Source: Gemmatales bacterium
GTDB lineage: Bacteria > Planctomycetota > Planctomycetia > Gemmatales > HRBIN36
DNA: 64,000 bases
Assembly (NCBI GenBank): GCA_025060195.1
Contig: JANXCQ010000001.1
Span: 128,352 to 192,351, forward strand
Direction of reading: 5' to 3'
Numbering within the stretch: the first letter of the stretch is position 1; every line of letters starts with the position of its first letter. The notes under the pieces are model-generated. The model was not told the DNA's origin, did no database searches, and saw only the letters and a list, made by a program, of their open reading frames with translations. Shown here piece by piece: positions 41,429 to 51,020 of this stretch. A program made the position numbers and the translations under genes.

Positions 41429-43015
41429 ATGCCCGAGGAAAAAGAAACGCGTTTAGTCATCGAATGGAAGCGGTTGTTTCCATGGTGGCATATTTTCCGC
41501 GCACCCAGCATGGCAATGGACAAATGGAAGTTGACGCTGGCGATAGCGGGTATCGTAGCTACTTGGCTCGGTTGGGCTTTGCTGGCGTTGTTGTTCGACC
41601 CAGGCAAGCCAGCGGAAACGGTAGCGGAGAGGAAACCTCAAGTCCCAGCCGCAGACAAAGCCTCTCCAGGTAGCGAACAAACCGAGGAAAAGCCAGCCGG
41701 CACCGTAGGAAAAACTCAAATGGACGAAACTGCTCCCCCGGCGCCCTCGCTTGGGTCAAAGCCTGAAATCGCAGCGTTAGCTGCTCAAGAGTTGGCCCAA
41801 CGACAACGACAGCTCTACTTGCATACGATTACGCAAGAATGGCTGACTTGGCCTGCTCATGTGCCGCGAGGGGATCCGACTTTACCGCCGCACCGCGCCA
41901 TTGCCGAACTTTCGCCGCGCCTTGCCGATATAAGCTATTGGCTCAGTCAACTCCCTGCGGTTTTAGAACCATTAGCTCGATTAATTCGCCCCTTGACTTA
42001 CTTTCTCCACCCATGGGCCTCCTGGAAAAGTCACCTCTTTGCCGGGCTGGGCGTATTGTGGACGCTGCTGGTGTGGGGTTGCGTTGGCGGAGCGATTACG
42101 CGGATCGCCGCCGTGGAATTTGCTCGCAATGACCGTATCGATGTCTGGGAATCCCTGCGCTTCACGTTTGCCCGTTTCGGCTCCTTGTTCGGCGCACCGA
42201 TTTTTCCGATTGTCGTGGTCGGCGTGGTGACCGTGGTCGTAGTGGTGGTGGGAACTGTGCTAATGATGATACCCTGGGTCGGCGACCTGGTCGGTGCCTT
42301 GACCTTCCCATTGGCGTTGCTAGCAGGCCTGTTTATGGCCATGGCCTTACTGGTGTATGCGGGTTGGCCCCTGATGTACCCGGCCATTAGTGCCGAAGGC
42401 GGCGACGCCTTTGACGCAATCAGCCGGTCGGCCTCCTATATGTACCAGCGGCCGTGGCACTATATCTTTTATTGGTCGGTGGCGTTGGTCTATGGGGTGA
42501 TAGTGCTATTCTTTGTGGTGACGTTTACTTCTTTCTTCGTGTACTTAACGGGTTGGGCCCTTGACCTGGTTTGGCGACCTGTATGGCGTAGCAGTGATCC
42601 CGATCCCTTGCGGGCCTTGTTCATCTATGCCCCGCAGTCCTATGGTTGGCGGCAGATGTTGACAGGGGAAGTCGCCGCAGTAAGCGAAGTGGCCAATAAA
42701 ATGGCACTTGTTCCTTGGGTAGCCGCTCTTATTTTAGGCGCTTGGCTCCACTTGGTTTTTCTTGGGATGCTGGGATTTGCTTATAGCCTGTTCTGGTCGG
42801 CCAGCACCATCATTTACTTCTTACTCCGCAAAGATGTGGATGAAACTGATCTCGACGAAGTCTATTTCGAAGAAGAACAGGAAGATCTTTTCCCGCGTCC
42901 CATAACGGCTCCCGAGATTTCTTCTCGTTCGACGTCTCAGCCCGAATTTCGCGTAGCTACCCCTTCGACTGGATCGGCTCAGGAGTCTGCTGGGGAATCT
43001 TCATCTCTGAGTTGA
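41429..43015 (+). CDS. Hypothetical polytopic membrane protein
   Basis: 528-aa ORF with many hydrophobic helices and an acidic Ser-rich tail. Divergent from the methyltransferase gene. No family recognised. Confidence 0.6.
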   Translation: MPEEKETRLVIEWKRLFPWWHIFRAPSMAMDKWKLTLAIAGIVATWLGWALLALLFDPGKPAETVAERKPQVPAADKASPGSEQTEEKPAGTVGKTQMDETAPPAPSLGSKPEIAALAAQELAQRQRQLYLHTITQEWLTWPAHVPRGDPTLPPHRAIAELSPRLADISYWLSQLPAVLEPLARLIRPLTYFLHPWASWKSHLFAGLGVLWTLLVWGCVGGAITRIAAVEFARNDRIDVWESLRFTFARFGSLFGAPIFPIVVVGVVTVVVVVVGTVLMMIPWVGDLVGALTFPLALLAGLFMAMALLVYAGWPLMYPAISAEGGDAFDAISRSASYMYQRPWHYIFYWSVALVYGVIVLFFVVTFTSFFVYLTGWALDLVWRPVWRSSDPDPLRALFIYAPQSYGWRQMLTGEVAAVSEVANKMALVPWVAALILGAWLHLVFLGMLGFAYSLFWSASTIIYFLLRKDVDETDLDEVYFEEEQEDLFPRPITAPEISSRSTSQPEFRVATPSTGSAQESAGESSSLS

Positions 43016-43161
43016 GGATTTCTGCCCTTTCGTAATGTCTGACATAGCCGGCTCCTTGGCCTTTGCGGGCACGAGGGGTGGAGCTCGCGTGGCCTCTGCC
43101 TGTACAATTCGAGTTGGGGACGTACCCCGTTACAAACTATCCCCTGCGGAGTAAGAGGACC

Positions 43162-44190
43162 ATGTCGAGCCTACCCACTTATCGTGCAATGGTTCTGGAG
43201 CGTCCTGGGGAGAGACTCAAGTTGCGGGAGTTACCCCTCCTGCCCCCGAATCCAGGGGAGGTACGGATCCGGGTCCTCGCCTGTGCAGTCTGTCGTACCG
43301 ACTTACATGTGGTGGATGGAGAGTTGCCCAAGCCGAAACTGCCCATCATTCCAGGCCACGAAATCGTCGGCGTTGTGGACGCAATTGCCCCGCCAGCTTC
43401 GCCTCAATCGTCGGCCAGTACATACCCTACCTGGCTAGTCGGCCAACGTGTCGGCGTACCCTGGCTTGGATGGACCTGCGGCCATTGCGACTACTGCAAG
43501 CGCGGCCAAGAAAACTTGTGCGATCAAGCGCAATTCAACGGCTATACGCGCGACGGCGGCTATGCGGAGTATGTGTACGCCGATCCGCGTTACATCTTTG
43601 CGGTGGATGAAAGTTACGCGCCTGCGGAGGCAGCTCCACTGATGTGTGCGGGACTCATTGGCTATCGCAGCTACCGCGTGGCTGGGGACGCCCGACGGCT
43701 AGGCATTTACGGGTTCGGCGCCGCCGCTCATTTACTCGTACAACTGGCTCGATATGAAGAGCGCGAGGTGTTCGCCTTCACGCGGCCCGGAGATCACGCC
43801 GCTCAGAAATTCGCACGCCAACTCGGGGCCGCTTGGGCCGGCGATTCCGACCAACCGCCCCCAGTTCCTTTGGACGCCGCGATTATCTTCGCTCCCGTCG
43901 GCGCGCTCGTCCCGCTGGCGTTGCGGGCGGTGCGTAAAGGGGGCGTCGTCGTGTGCGGTGGCATTCACATGAGCGACATTCCGTCGTTTCCTTACCGCTG
44001 GCTCTGGGAGGAGCGCGTCCTTCGCTCCGTGGCCAACCTGACGCGACGTGACGGCGAGGAGTTCCTTCGCTTAGCACCCCAAGTGCCGATTCGCACGCAG
44101 ACGCGCACCTACCCTCTCGAAGCCGCCAATGACGCCCTCGACGACCTGCGCTATGGCCGACTTCGCGGCGCCGCTGTCCTGATACCGTAA
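43162..44190 (+). CDS. Zinc-dependent alcohol dehydrogenase family protein
   Basis: Start moved to ATG 43162 (MSSLPTYRAMVLERPG) with AAGAGGA upstream. CAVCRTDLH, GHEIVGVV and structural-zinc CGHCDYCKRGQENLC motifs. Confidence 0.88.
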   Translation: MSSLPTYRAMVLERPGERLKLRELPLLPPNPGEVRIRVLACAVCRTDLHVVDGELPKPKLPIIPGHEIVGVVDAIAPPASPQSSASTYPTWLVGQRVGVPWLGWTCGHCDYCKRGQENLCDQAQFNGYTRDGGYAEYVYADPRYIFAVDESYAPAEAAPLMCAGLIGYRSYRVAGDARRLGIYGFGAAAHLLVQLARYEEREVFAFTRPGDHAAQKFARQLGAAWAGDSDQPPPVPLDAAIIFAPVGALVPLALRAVRKGGVVVCGGIHMSDIPSFPYRWLWEERVLRSVANLTRRDGEEFLRLAPQVPIRTQTRTYPLEAANDALDDLRYGRLRGAAVLIP

Positions 44191-44266
44191 TTCTGTTTCC
44201 CGATTTCTGTGCACCGTCATCTCACGGTCCTTTGGCCTCAACCTGAATCGAAGTCGCTGTCGCTGC

Positions 44267-46006
44267 TCAGAACCACTCTTTCTTACGCAGGCAGTAATCC
44301 TCGTAAAATTGCTTGTCCGTTTTCGTCAGATAGATGATGCCCTCAACGATGCCAATGACCATCATAACCATGGCCGCCATGCCGCAAGTTACCACACCCC
44401 CCGCCAAACTGAGCACCAACATGATCACGCCCGCTTGATGGAGGCCCAAGAAGAACTTGTGAATGCCCAGTCCGCCCAAAAGTATGCCCAGCAGGCCCGC
44501 TGCGATCTTCTTACTGACGAAATCCTCAAACTCGCGTGGCCTAGGTTCCGCCGGAGATTGGACTGGTTCGGCGTATTGAGGCGGTTGGGGAACGGCGCTA
44601 GGGACTGGCGCAGCTACGGGAGCCGCTGCCACTTCCACCACGGGCATTGCCACACGAGAAGGAACTACCTCCACCGCGGGTACCACAGCAGGAATCGGCT
44701 GCGATGGGCTAGCGCCAGGAAACAACCACGGAAGTAAGCCGGCGTGACCCACCACTTGCCGATTCTGATCCAGAATGGTATCCAGTGGATAAAGCCGACC
44801 TTCACGAACCAGGCTGCGGAGTTGGTCCAGGTTATAAGGCCCGTAGCACGTATTCCCGCGCTGAATATACCAGAAAGTGGCGACTCCAGAGGTCGGTGCT
44901 GGGGCTAGTTGCTGAGGCAAAACTGTCGGCCTACCCGCCTCTGTGGCTGAATACACGTTGACTGGCCCTAATCCTGTGCTGGGAATCTTGGCTAAGCTGG
45001 GAGAAGCCACTCCCTGGCTGCCCAGGTCTCGAGGCACGCCAACCACCGACCGGGATGCAGAGGTCAACGGTTTCTCTTGGGAAAGGCTGCGCACCCAAGC
45101 CCGTGCTCCCGCGCTAAAACGCTTGGCCGGATCGGCTTGTAACGCGGCACTGACGCAAGCGCTCTCGCGTTGCGTCAGACCGGTCAAATCCCACTGCTCT
45201 TTGCTTTGCCGTTCCAGGATCGCCAATGGATTGACACTTCGGTCAGTGCCCAAGCCAAAGGGATGTCGTCCCGTGGCTAGGTAAGCGAACATGGCCGCTA
45301 GGGCATAAACATCGCAAGTTGGACTATGCTTGCCCTGCAGCGTCTCGGGGGGAGCATAGCCGCAACTGCCAAAACCTGCGCCACTCAAATGTGTCTGCGA
45401 TATCGTAGCGAACCGCGATAAGCCGAAGTCGGCCAGCTTCACTTCGCCCTGGAACAGCAAACAATTTTCTGGCTTGACATCCCGATGATAGAGGCCGCGG
45501 CCGTTGAGAAAATCAATGGCTTCCGCCAAACCCCACACGTGTCGCAGTAACACATTGCGCGGGATGCCCGCATGTCCATGTTGCCGATACCATTGCAATA
45601 GGCGGTTCAGATCGCGTATCGGTTCGTCGGCCAACTCCCAGACGGTAACCATGTAACCCAGGACGATGTCGTAATCCACCAGACTGACCAATCGTGGATG
45701 GGAAAGCAGTTGCAGGTCAGCCAACTGTTTGAGGATATCATGCTCCTGCTGGGCGGCGTTTTTGCCGTGGATGGGATCGAGACTCATCCGCACGGCGCGA
45801 TACAAATTGCCGACTCGCGCCCGATACACCTCCCCAAATCCTCCCCGCCCTAAACACTCTTCCAGATGCCAACCCTTGCTCCGTCGCAATTCCTCCGCAA
45901 CCGCTGCGACACCTTTCCTGCCTGGCGCTAGTTGGCTCATAGCTTTCAACCCGCTGCAAGGAACCGATTTGGTCGAAGCACGCCGCTCCATTTCGATTAC
46001 TTTCAT
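44267..46006 (-). CDS. Ser/Thr protein kinase with C-terminal GYF_2-like and TM2 domains
   Basis: 579 aa. HRDVKPEN and DFGLSR kinase motifs. FWYIQRGNTCYGPYNLDQLRSLVREGRL (GYF_2-like). GLLGILLGGLGIHKFFLG (TM2 domain). Confidence 0.85.
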   Translation of the reverse strand: MKVIEMERRASTKSVPCSGLKAMSQLAPGRKGVAAVAEELRRSKGWHLEECLGRGGFGEVYRARVGNLYRAVRMSLDPIHGKNAAQQEHDILKQLADLQLLSHPRLVSLVDYDIVLGYMVTVWELADEPIRDLNRLLQWYRQHGHAGIPRNVLLRHVWGLAEAIDFLNGRGLYHRDVKPENCLLFQGEVKLADFGLSRFATISQTHLSGAGFGSCGYAPPETLQGKHSPTCDVYALAAMFAYLATGRHPFGLGTDRSVNPLAILERQSKEQWDLTGLTQRESACVSAALQADPAKRFSAGARAWVRSLSQEKPLTSASRSVVGVPRDLGSQGVASPSLAKIPSTGLGPVNVYSATEAGRPTVLPQQLAPAPTSGVATFWYIQRGNTCYGPYNLDQLRSLVREGRLYPLDTILDQNRQVVGHAGLLPWLFPGASPSQPIPAVVPAVEVVPSRVAMPVVEVAAAPVAAPVPSAVPQPPQYAEPVQSPAEPRPREFEDFVSKKIAAGLLGILLGGLGIHKFFLGLHQAGVIMLVLSLAGGVVTCGMAAMVMMVIGIVEGIIYLTKTDKQFYEDYCLRKKEWF

Positions 46007-46279
46007 TATCTTCTACCGGCGAACTCCTGTCAAACGAGCGGCTTTTTCGGCCTATCCTGAATTCGGCCACGCATCGTCGTTTATAGAGCAAACGCGCCGT
46101 TGCATTCGAGCGCATAATTCTTGAGGTTCCCGATGCCTGCTGAATCACGAAATCGCTACAATACTGGCAATCGGCAGAACCGCCTCGGCGTGTCGGCATA
46201 ATAAGCGCAATCTGCCGACTCCGCATCTGGTCTGGAGGTTTACCTTCCTAACCTACAACGACTTGGGGGGAACTCGGTT

Positions 46280-46657
46280 ATGTCCTCGATCAATCCGTGT
46301 CCTCATTGTGGTCAGCAAGTTTCCATTCCCCAACAATATTGGGGGACTATGGTGCGATGTCCCGTGTGCGGAGGTACCTTTCAGGCGGGTGTTGTTGCTT
46401 GGACCGTTCGTCCTGCTCCGCCGGTTGAACCACATCGGGGCGGACTGATCCTGACCTTGGCTATCCTGGGACTGTTGATTTGTGGGCCCCTGGCATTAGC
46501 AGCTTGGTTCATGGCCGTGAGTGATTTGCAGAAAATCCGCCACGGAACCATGGATAGGAGTGGCTACGGCTTGACCCAAGCAGGCCTAGTGGTTGGTATC
46601 ATCGGTACCATCCTCTGGGTATTTTGGCTCTTTATTCTCATCGCCGATAACACTTGA
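46280..46657 (+). CDS. Zinc-ribbon / DUF4190-like small membrane protein
   Basis: 125 aa. CPHCG-x16-CPVCG zinc ribbon, then two hydrophobic helices. GGGGGGA RBS. Confidence 0.7.
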   Translation: MSSINPCPHCGQQVSIPQQYWGTMVRCPVCGGTFQAGVVAWTVRPAPPVEPHRGGLILTLAILGLLICGPLALAAWFMAVSDLQKIRHGTMDRSGYGLTQAGLVVGIIGTILWVFWLFILIADNT

Positions 46658-46672
46658 CAGAAGCATTGACTC

Positions 46673-47088
46673 ATGCCTGCCATCAGCCAATGTCCCCACT
46701 GTCATCGGCAAGTGCAAATCCCCGAAACTGTTTTCGGTCGCTTGGTGCGTTGCCCGATGTGTGGCCAGTCGTTCAGAGCCGCCGGCGCGTCCGCTCCCCT
46801 AGAATTGGCGGAAGCACCCTGGGAGCAGAGAGAGGATCTCCTCCCACACCGTGGCGGACTGATTCTGACTTTAGGCATTTTGAGCATAGTAGTCTGCGGA
46901 TTGCTTGGCCCGTTTGCCTGGATTATGGGTTCCAAGACTTGGCGAAGATGCACCGAGGCAGGATGGACAAATCAGGTTACCAAGTCACATTGGCTGGCTA
47001 TATTCTCGGAGTCATCTCCACGATTCTCACGGGGCTATCTATTCTTCTGGTGTGCTTGGTTGTATTGATTGCCGCAGCGGGCCGCTAA
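46673..47088 (+). pseudogene. Paralog of 46280-46657 interrupted by a 1-nt frameshift
   Basis: Frame A (46673 onward) gives MPAISQCPHCHRQV...CPMCG...FAWIMGSK. The homologous continuation DLAKMHRGRMDKSGYQVTLAGYILGV...AAAGR is in the -1 frame and ends at 47088. The switch is at AAG|AC, 46936/46937. Compare AAWFMAVSDLQKIRHGTMDRSGYGLTQAG in the upstream paralog. Confidence 0.6.
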
Positions 47089-47390
47089 TCGTCATCGCCG
47101 CGGTCCGAACCATCCCGTCCTGCCGTACCCTGGAGATTTCTCATGCGAAAGCAGGCCGACACAAACTGCCAACTTACCTGCAGGGGGCTTGAGAGGTGCG
47201 AGCCTTCTTTACATAGTTAGTCACAAATTATTAGTCGCTAACCAATGAGCAAGCAACCGGCGTAAAGCGTGAGCTGAAGCACAGTGATTGGTTCATCATA
47301 ATTTAGTCCTCCAAAATATAAGGTGTGACTTGTCAGAGAAGATCCTAGTATTCAGCTGGCGTCGATAGGGTTTCGAGGTGCACCTATCTA

Positions 47391-47409
47391 ATCACATATG
47401 ATATGTGAT
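47391..47409. promoter_or_regulatory. Perfect 19-bp palindrome (candidate operator)
   Basis: ATCACATAT-G-ATATGTGAT has 9-bp perfect arms. It lies in the 520-bp intergenic region about 200 bp upstream of the ATG at 47608. Confidence 0.35.
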
Positions 47410-47607
47410 AATTCTCGTCCCGCTGGCGAGCTAATGGCACGCAAATTGTCCGATGGCGCAGGGTCAGGCCTGGGTTAATTAAAACACCCCTGGGTTGACA
47501 GCCGTTTGACCCAGACGATTAGTTGTTACTTGATTAGTCCTTTGAGTTTATTAGACTGAGTTACAGCAGCAGGCTCGCTGCGAGGTGCCGCAACTGGGGG
47601 TTAGGTA

Positions 47608-47763
47608 ATGTGGATTCACATTACGTGTGAGTGCGGACGTCAACTGGTTTTTCCAGACTCGTTAGCAGGAAAATGGGTGACCTGTCCGCAATGCCAACGA
47701 GTCTTTCAAATGCCCGGCGTGACCGCGCCGAACAACCCGAGAGGCAGCGGCTCGCCAGCGTAG
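47608..47763 (+). CDS. Small zinc-ribbon ORF (51 codons), ending at a TAG that is in frame with the next ORF
   Basis: MWIHITCECGRQLVFPDSLAGKWVTCPQCQRVF (CxC...CxxC) resembles the N-termini of the two upstream genes. It is below the ORF-track length cut-off and was translated by hand. Confidence 0.35.
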   Translation: MWIHITCECGRQLVFPDSLAGKWVTCPQCQRVFQMPGVTAPNNPRGSGSPA

Positions 47764-47802
47764 ACGCCCAGCAGTGGTGGAGCGAGCATCAGTCCCGCAC
47801 TT

Positions 47803-48444
47803 ATGGGGCCATGGGCACCCAGCCAACATGTTGGATTTTCTACACCACCGCAGGCTGTGGGTTTGCCCACCGGGAGTCCTCATACTGGTAACGAGGCTCC
47901 ATTGGCACCGCCTCAAAGTGCCGTTCCGCCACCGGTTGACACGCAACCATCCGCGCCCTCGGCACAAAATGCCCCAACGCGCAAGAACTTGCGTTGTCCA
48001 CAGTGCGGTAGCGCTAATGTTCGGCGGCTGAGGATAGTCTATGAGTCGGGAACGGTAAGAACGTCCGGTTTCGTTTCAGGCGGGTACATCGGCGATGGCG
48101 GTTTTTATGGAACCTATACAGGTAGTGTTTCAGGTAAACAACAAAGCCTTCTGGCTAAGAAATGTGCACCTCCTCGAAAGAGGCAGGGCGGTGGCATTTT
48201 TCTGACGTTAGTTATTCTGGCTATCATGCTCGGTGCCTGCATTTTACTAAATGTCGAGAAATCTCCTGGAGATGAAGTACCAGTTCCGTGTCTGGTGTTC
48301 CTAGCTGGGCTGATGGCAGCGGTTGGAGTGGTTTGGTCTGTAAAGGATTACCTATGGAACCGAAATGAGTTCCCCCGGCTGCGCGATTCCTGGGAAAGGA
48401 GTTTCCTCTGTTTTCGATGCGGAGCAATTTTCCGAGCGCGTTAG
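47803..48444 (+). CDS. Pro-rich / zinc-ribbon membrane protein (may be the 3' part of one gene starting at 47608)
   Basis: 213 aa. Pro/Ser/Ala-rich N-terminus, CPQCG ... CFRCG zinc-ribbon pairs, two hydrophobic helices. Same frame as 47608-47763. Confidence 0.55.
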   Translation: MGPWAPSQHVGFSTPPQAVGLPTGSPHTGNEAPLAPPQSAVPPPVDTQPSAPSAQNAPTRKNLRCPQCGSANVRRLRIVYESGTVRTSGFVSGGYIGDGGFYGTYTGSVSGKQQSLLAKKCAPPRKRQGGGIFLTLVILAIMLGACILLNVEKSPGDEVPVPCLVFLAGLMAAVGVVWSVKDYLWNRNEFPRLRDSWERSFLCFRCGAIFRAR

Positions 48445-48689
48445 GCAAGAAAACCTGCGGCTCCATCTGCCTGATGACGGCTTTCTCAAATAGCATTGGA
48501 GGGCGCCTTTGAACTTCAAAGCCCTGAGTCGGCGTCGCCGTAACAATGCCTGGTAGATGAGCCGATAAGGTTCTGAGTATCTCATGTCTCGACGCGCTCC
48601 GTTTGATTTGGCTATAGTCTAACGATAGTGCTACCTGAGTGCCGGTCGGTACATGCGCCACGCTCCATAGGAGGAAGTGCTGGTCAACC

Positions 48690-49559
48690 ATGAAAGGCAT
48701 CATACTGGCGGGAGGAAAAGGGACGCGATTATATCCGATGACGCGGGTGGTGAGCAAACAGCTCCTGCCTGTGTATGACAAACCGCTGGTTTATTATCCG
48801 CTGTCGCTCCTCATGCTCGCGGGTTTGCGCGACATACTGGTGATCAGCACGCCCGAAGACTTGCCCCAGTTTCGTCGGCTTTTGGGCAGCGGCGAACAAT
48901 GGGGCGTGCGTTTCGCTTATGCCGAGCAGGATCAGCCGCGGGGTCTGGCTCATGCATTTCTGGTAGCAGCACAATATCTGGCGGGCGAACCCGCCTGCCT
49001 AATCCTGGGCGATAATTTGTTCTACGGGCACGGTTTGCCCGATTTGCTGCGGCAGGCCGCGCAGTTGCGCCAAGGGGCACTGATCTTCGCGTATCAGGTG
49101 AAGGAACCTCAACGTTATGGTGTCGTGGAACTGGATGCACAGGGCAGACCCGTCAGTATCGAGGAAAAGCCAGCGCGGCCCAAGTCGCGTTATGCCGTGC
49201 CTGGGCTGTACTTTTACGATGGCCGCGTGGTTGAATTTGCTGCGACGCTGCAACCCTCGCTGCGGGGAGAACTGGAGATTACCGACCTGAATCGTCTTTA
49301 TTTGGAGCGTGGCGAACTGCAGGTGCGAATCCTGGGGCGTGGCATCGCTTGGCTCGACGCCGGTACGCCTGAATCATTGCTCCAGGCGGCCGAGTTTGTT
49401 CACGCGGTTCAGGAACGCCAGGGAGTCATGGTGGCCTGTCCCGAGGAAATTGCCTACCGTATGGGTTATATTAGCCGCGAGCAACTGCGCGATCTGGCCC
49501 GGCACCTGGGCGATAATAATTACCGCGATTACTTGCTCCGCCTCGCCGAGGGCGGCTGA
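48690..49559 (+). CDS. rfbA: Glucose-1-phosphate thymidylyltransferase
   Basis: Start at ATG 48690 ([18 protein letters not shown]). Blocks [23 protein letters not shown] and LGDNLFYG. Confidence 0.93.
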   Translation: MKGIILAGGKGTRLYPMTRVVSKQLLPVYDKPLVYYPLSLLMLAGLRDILVISTPEDLPQFRRLLGSGEQWGVRFAYAEQDQPRGLAHAFLVAAQYLAGEPACLILGDNLFYGHGLPDLLRQAAQLRQGALIFAYQVKEPQRYGVVELDAQGRPVSIEEKPARPKSRYAVPGLYFYDGRVVEFAATLQPSLRGELEITDLNRLYLERGELQVRILGRGIAWLDAGTPESLLQAAEFVHAVQERQGVMVACPEEIAYRMGYISREQLRDLARHLGDNNYRDYLLRLAEGG

Positions 49560-49672
49560 CAGGCAATCCGAAAGTCGTGGCAATGAGTAACATCGTCCGT
49601 AGTCCTCCGGCGCGGCAGGGTATGATTCTGAGGTATGCGGAGGAGGCTAGTCCCAGATAGGCTGAGGAACGA

Positions 49673-50656
49673 ATGGCGCGAACCCTTGCTTTGTACAGTG
49701 GGAATTGGAGCGAGGTCAGCCTGCAGGATTTGGCTCAGCGAGCTAGTGAATGGGGCTATCAGGCCTTGGAACTCGAATGTGTGGACGAGCATTTCGTGCC
49801 CCGTCGCGCTGTAGAAGAGGAGGGATATGTTCAGGAACTGCTCCAGACGCTAGAAACATGTGAGTTACGAGTGGCGGCCCTGAGTTGCGAGACGGCCGGC
49901 GCCTTGTTGACAGAGGGACCTACTGCCTCATGGTACCATCGGGCTCCGCCGCGGCTCTGGGGCGATGGCAGTGCTGATGGTGTGCGGCAGCGTGCCGCGA
50001 CAGAACTACTCCATGCAGCGCAAGCGGCGGTGCGGTTGGGTGTGAGCGTGCTCGTAACCGCCAGCGGCTGCCCGATACCTGTGAGTGGCTTTTTTTCCCG
50101 CCGCGATTGTTTGCCCTTATATCGCAGCGCCACTAAAACCTGGGCCGAACTGTGGTCGCCAGTGCTCGACGAATTTGCGTCCCATGGCGTGCGTTTAGCT
50201 TTGTTAGTACAACCAGGACAAATGATCTGGGAGTCCTTCTCCGCGGATTTGTTTTTGGAAACGCTGGGCTGGCGTACGGAAGTCGGCTTAGCGGTGGATG
50301 TCGGAGCACTGTATTGGCATGGAGCTGATCCGGCACAATTTGTGCGGCGGTTCGCTGACCGAATTTTCCATGTGCGGATCACCGATGTCGCGGTGCAACT
50401 GACGGGGAATAATAGCGTACTCTCCCCCTTGCCCGAGGGCGATCCGCGGCGCGGTTGGCAATGGCGTTCTCCAGGCCGCGGACAGGTGGACTTTGAAGCG
50501 CTCCTCCGCGCCTTACACGACATTGGCTACGATGGCCCGCTCTCAGTGGCCTGGTGCGACGAAATTATGGAGCGCGAATTCGGCGCTGCCGACGCCAGCC
50601 AATTTCTTCGCCGCCTCGACTTTCCCGCGCGCCCGCGACTGGGAGAAAGTTACTAG
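49673..50656 (+). CDS. Sugar phosphate isomerase/epimerase (xylose isomerase-like TIM barrel)
   Basis: 327 aa. Overall pattern of AP-endonuclease-2/xylose-isomerase-like barrels (GYQALELE ... HVRITD ...). Function not resolved. Confidence 0.65.
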   Translation: MARTLALYSGNWSEVSLQDLAQRASEWGYQALELECVDEHFVPRRAVEEEGYVQELLQTLETCELRVAALSCETAGALLTEGPTASWYHRAPPRLWGDGSADGVRQRAATELLHAAQAAVRLGVSVLVTASGCPIPVSGFFSRRDCLPLYRSATKTWAELWSPVLDEFASHGVRLALLVQPGQMIWESFSADLFLETLGWRTEVGLAVDVGALYWHGADPAQFVRRFADRIFHVRITDVAVQLTGNNSVLSPLPEGDPRRGWQWRSPGRGQVDFEALLRALHDIGYDGPLSVAWCDEIMEREFGAADASQFLRRLDFPARPRLGESY

Positions 50657-50721
50657 CGAAGTAAAAGAGGCACCGCATAAACTAATTCCAGCCTCAAAGC
50701 AGACTCTCAGGAGAGGCCGGT

Positions 50722-50997
50722 ATGGACTGGGAACTGAACGAGCGTCTGAAACGCGAATGGACAGATAAATTTGTCGTCGTGGATGAATCGCGACCGGAAT
50801 TGCGTCGCTTCCAGGGCATTGTGGGTCGCGTAGTGACGGTGAATATGAACAACCGCTGTATTGTGGACTTTCAGGACGGCGCCTGGTACGATATTCACCC
50901 CGATTATTTGCGCGTGTGTGAGAACCAGGAGGAGGCGCGCAAGAAGTACGACCCGAAGAAAAATAGCGCTCAACCGATTCCACCGCGTCAGAGTTAG
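50722..50997 (+). CDS. Small conserved-looking hypothetical protein
   Basis: 91 aa with balanced composition. AGGAGAGG RBS 5 nt upstream. Confidence 0.55.
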   Translation: MDWELNERLKREWTDKFVVVDESRPELRRFQGIVGRVVTVNMNNRCIVDFQDGAWYDIHPDYLRVCENQEEARKKYDPKKNSAQPIPPRQS

Positions 50998-51020
50998 TTA
51001 CGCCGACGGAACACCTTATG

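Noticed and set aside
49831-50523. 230-aa antisense ORF opposite the sugar isomerase gene
   Set aside because: The product is Ser/Arg/Cys/Thr-rich and junk-like. It is a shadow ORF of a GC-rich gene.
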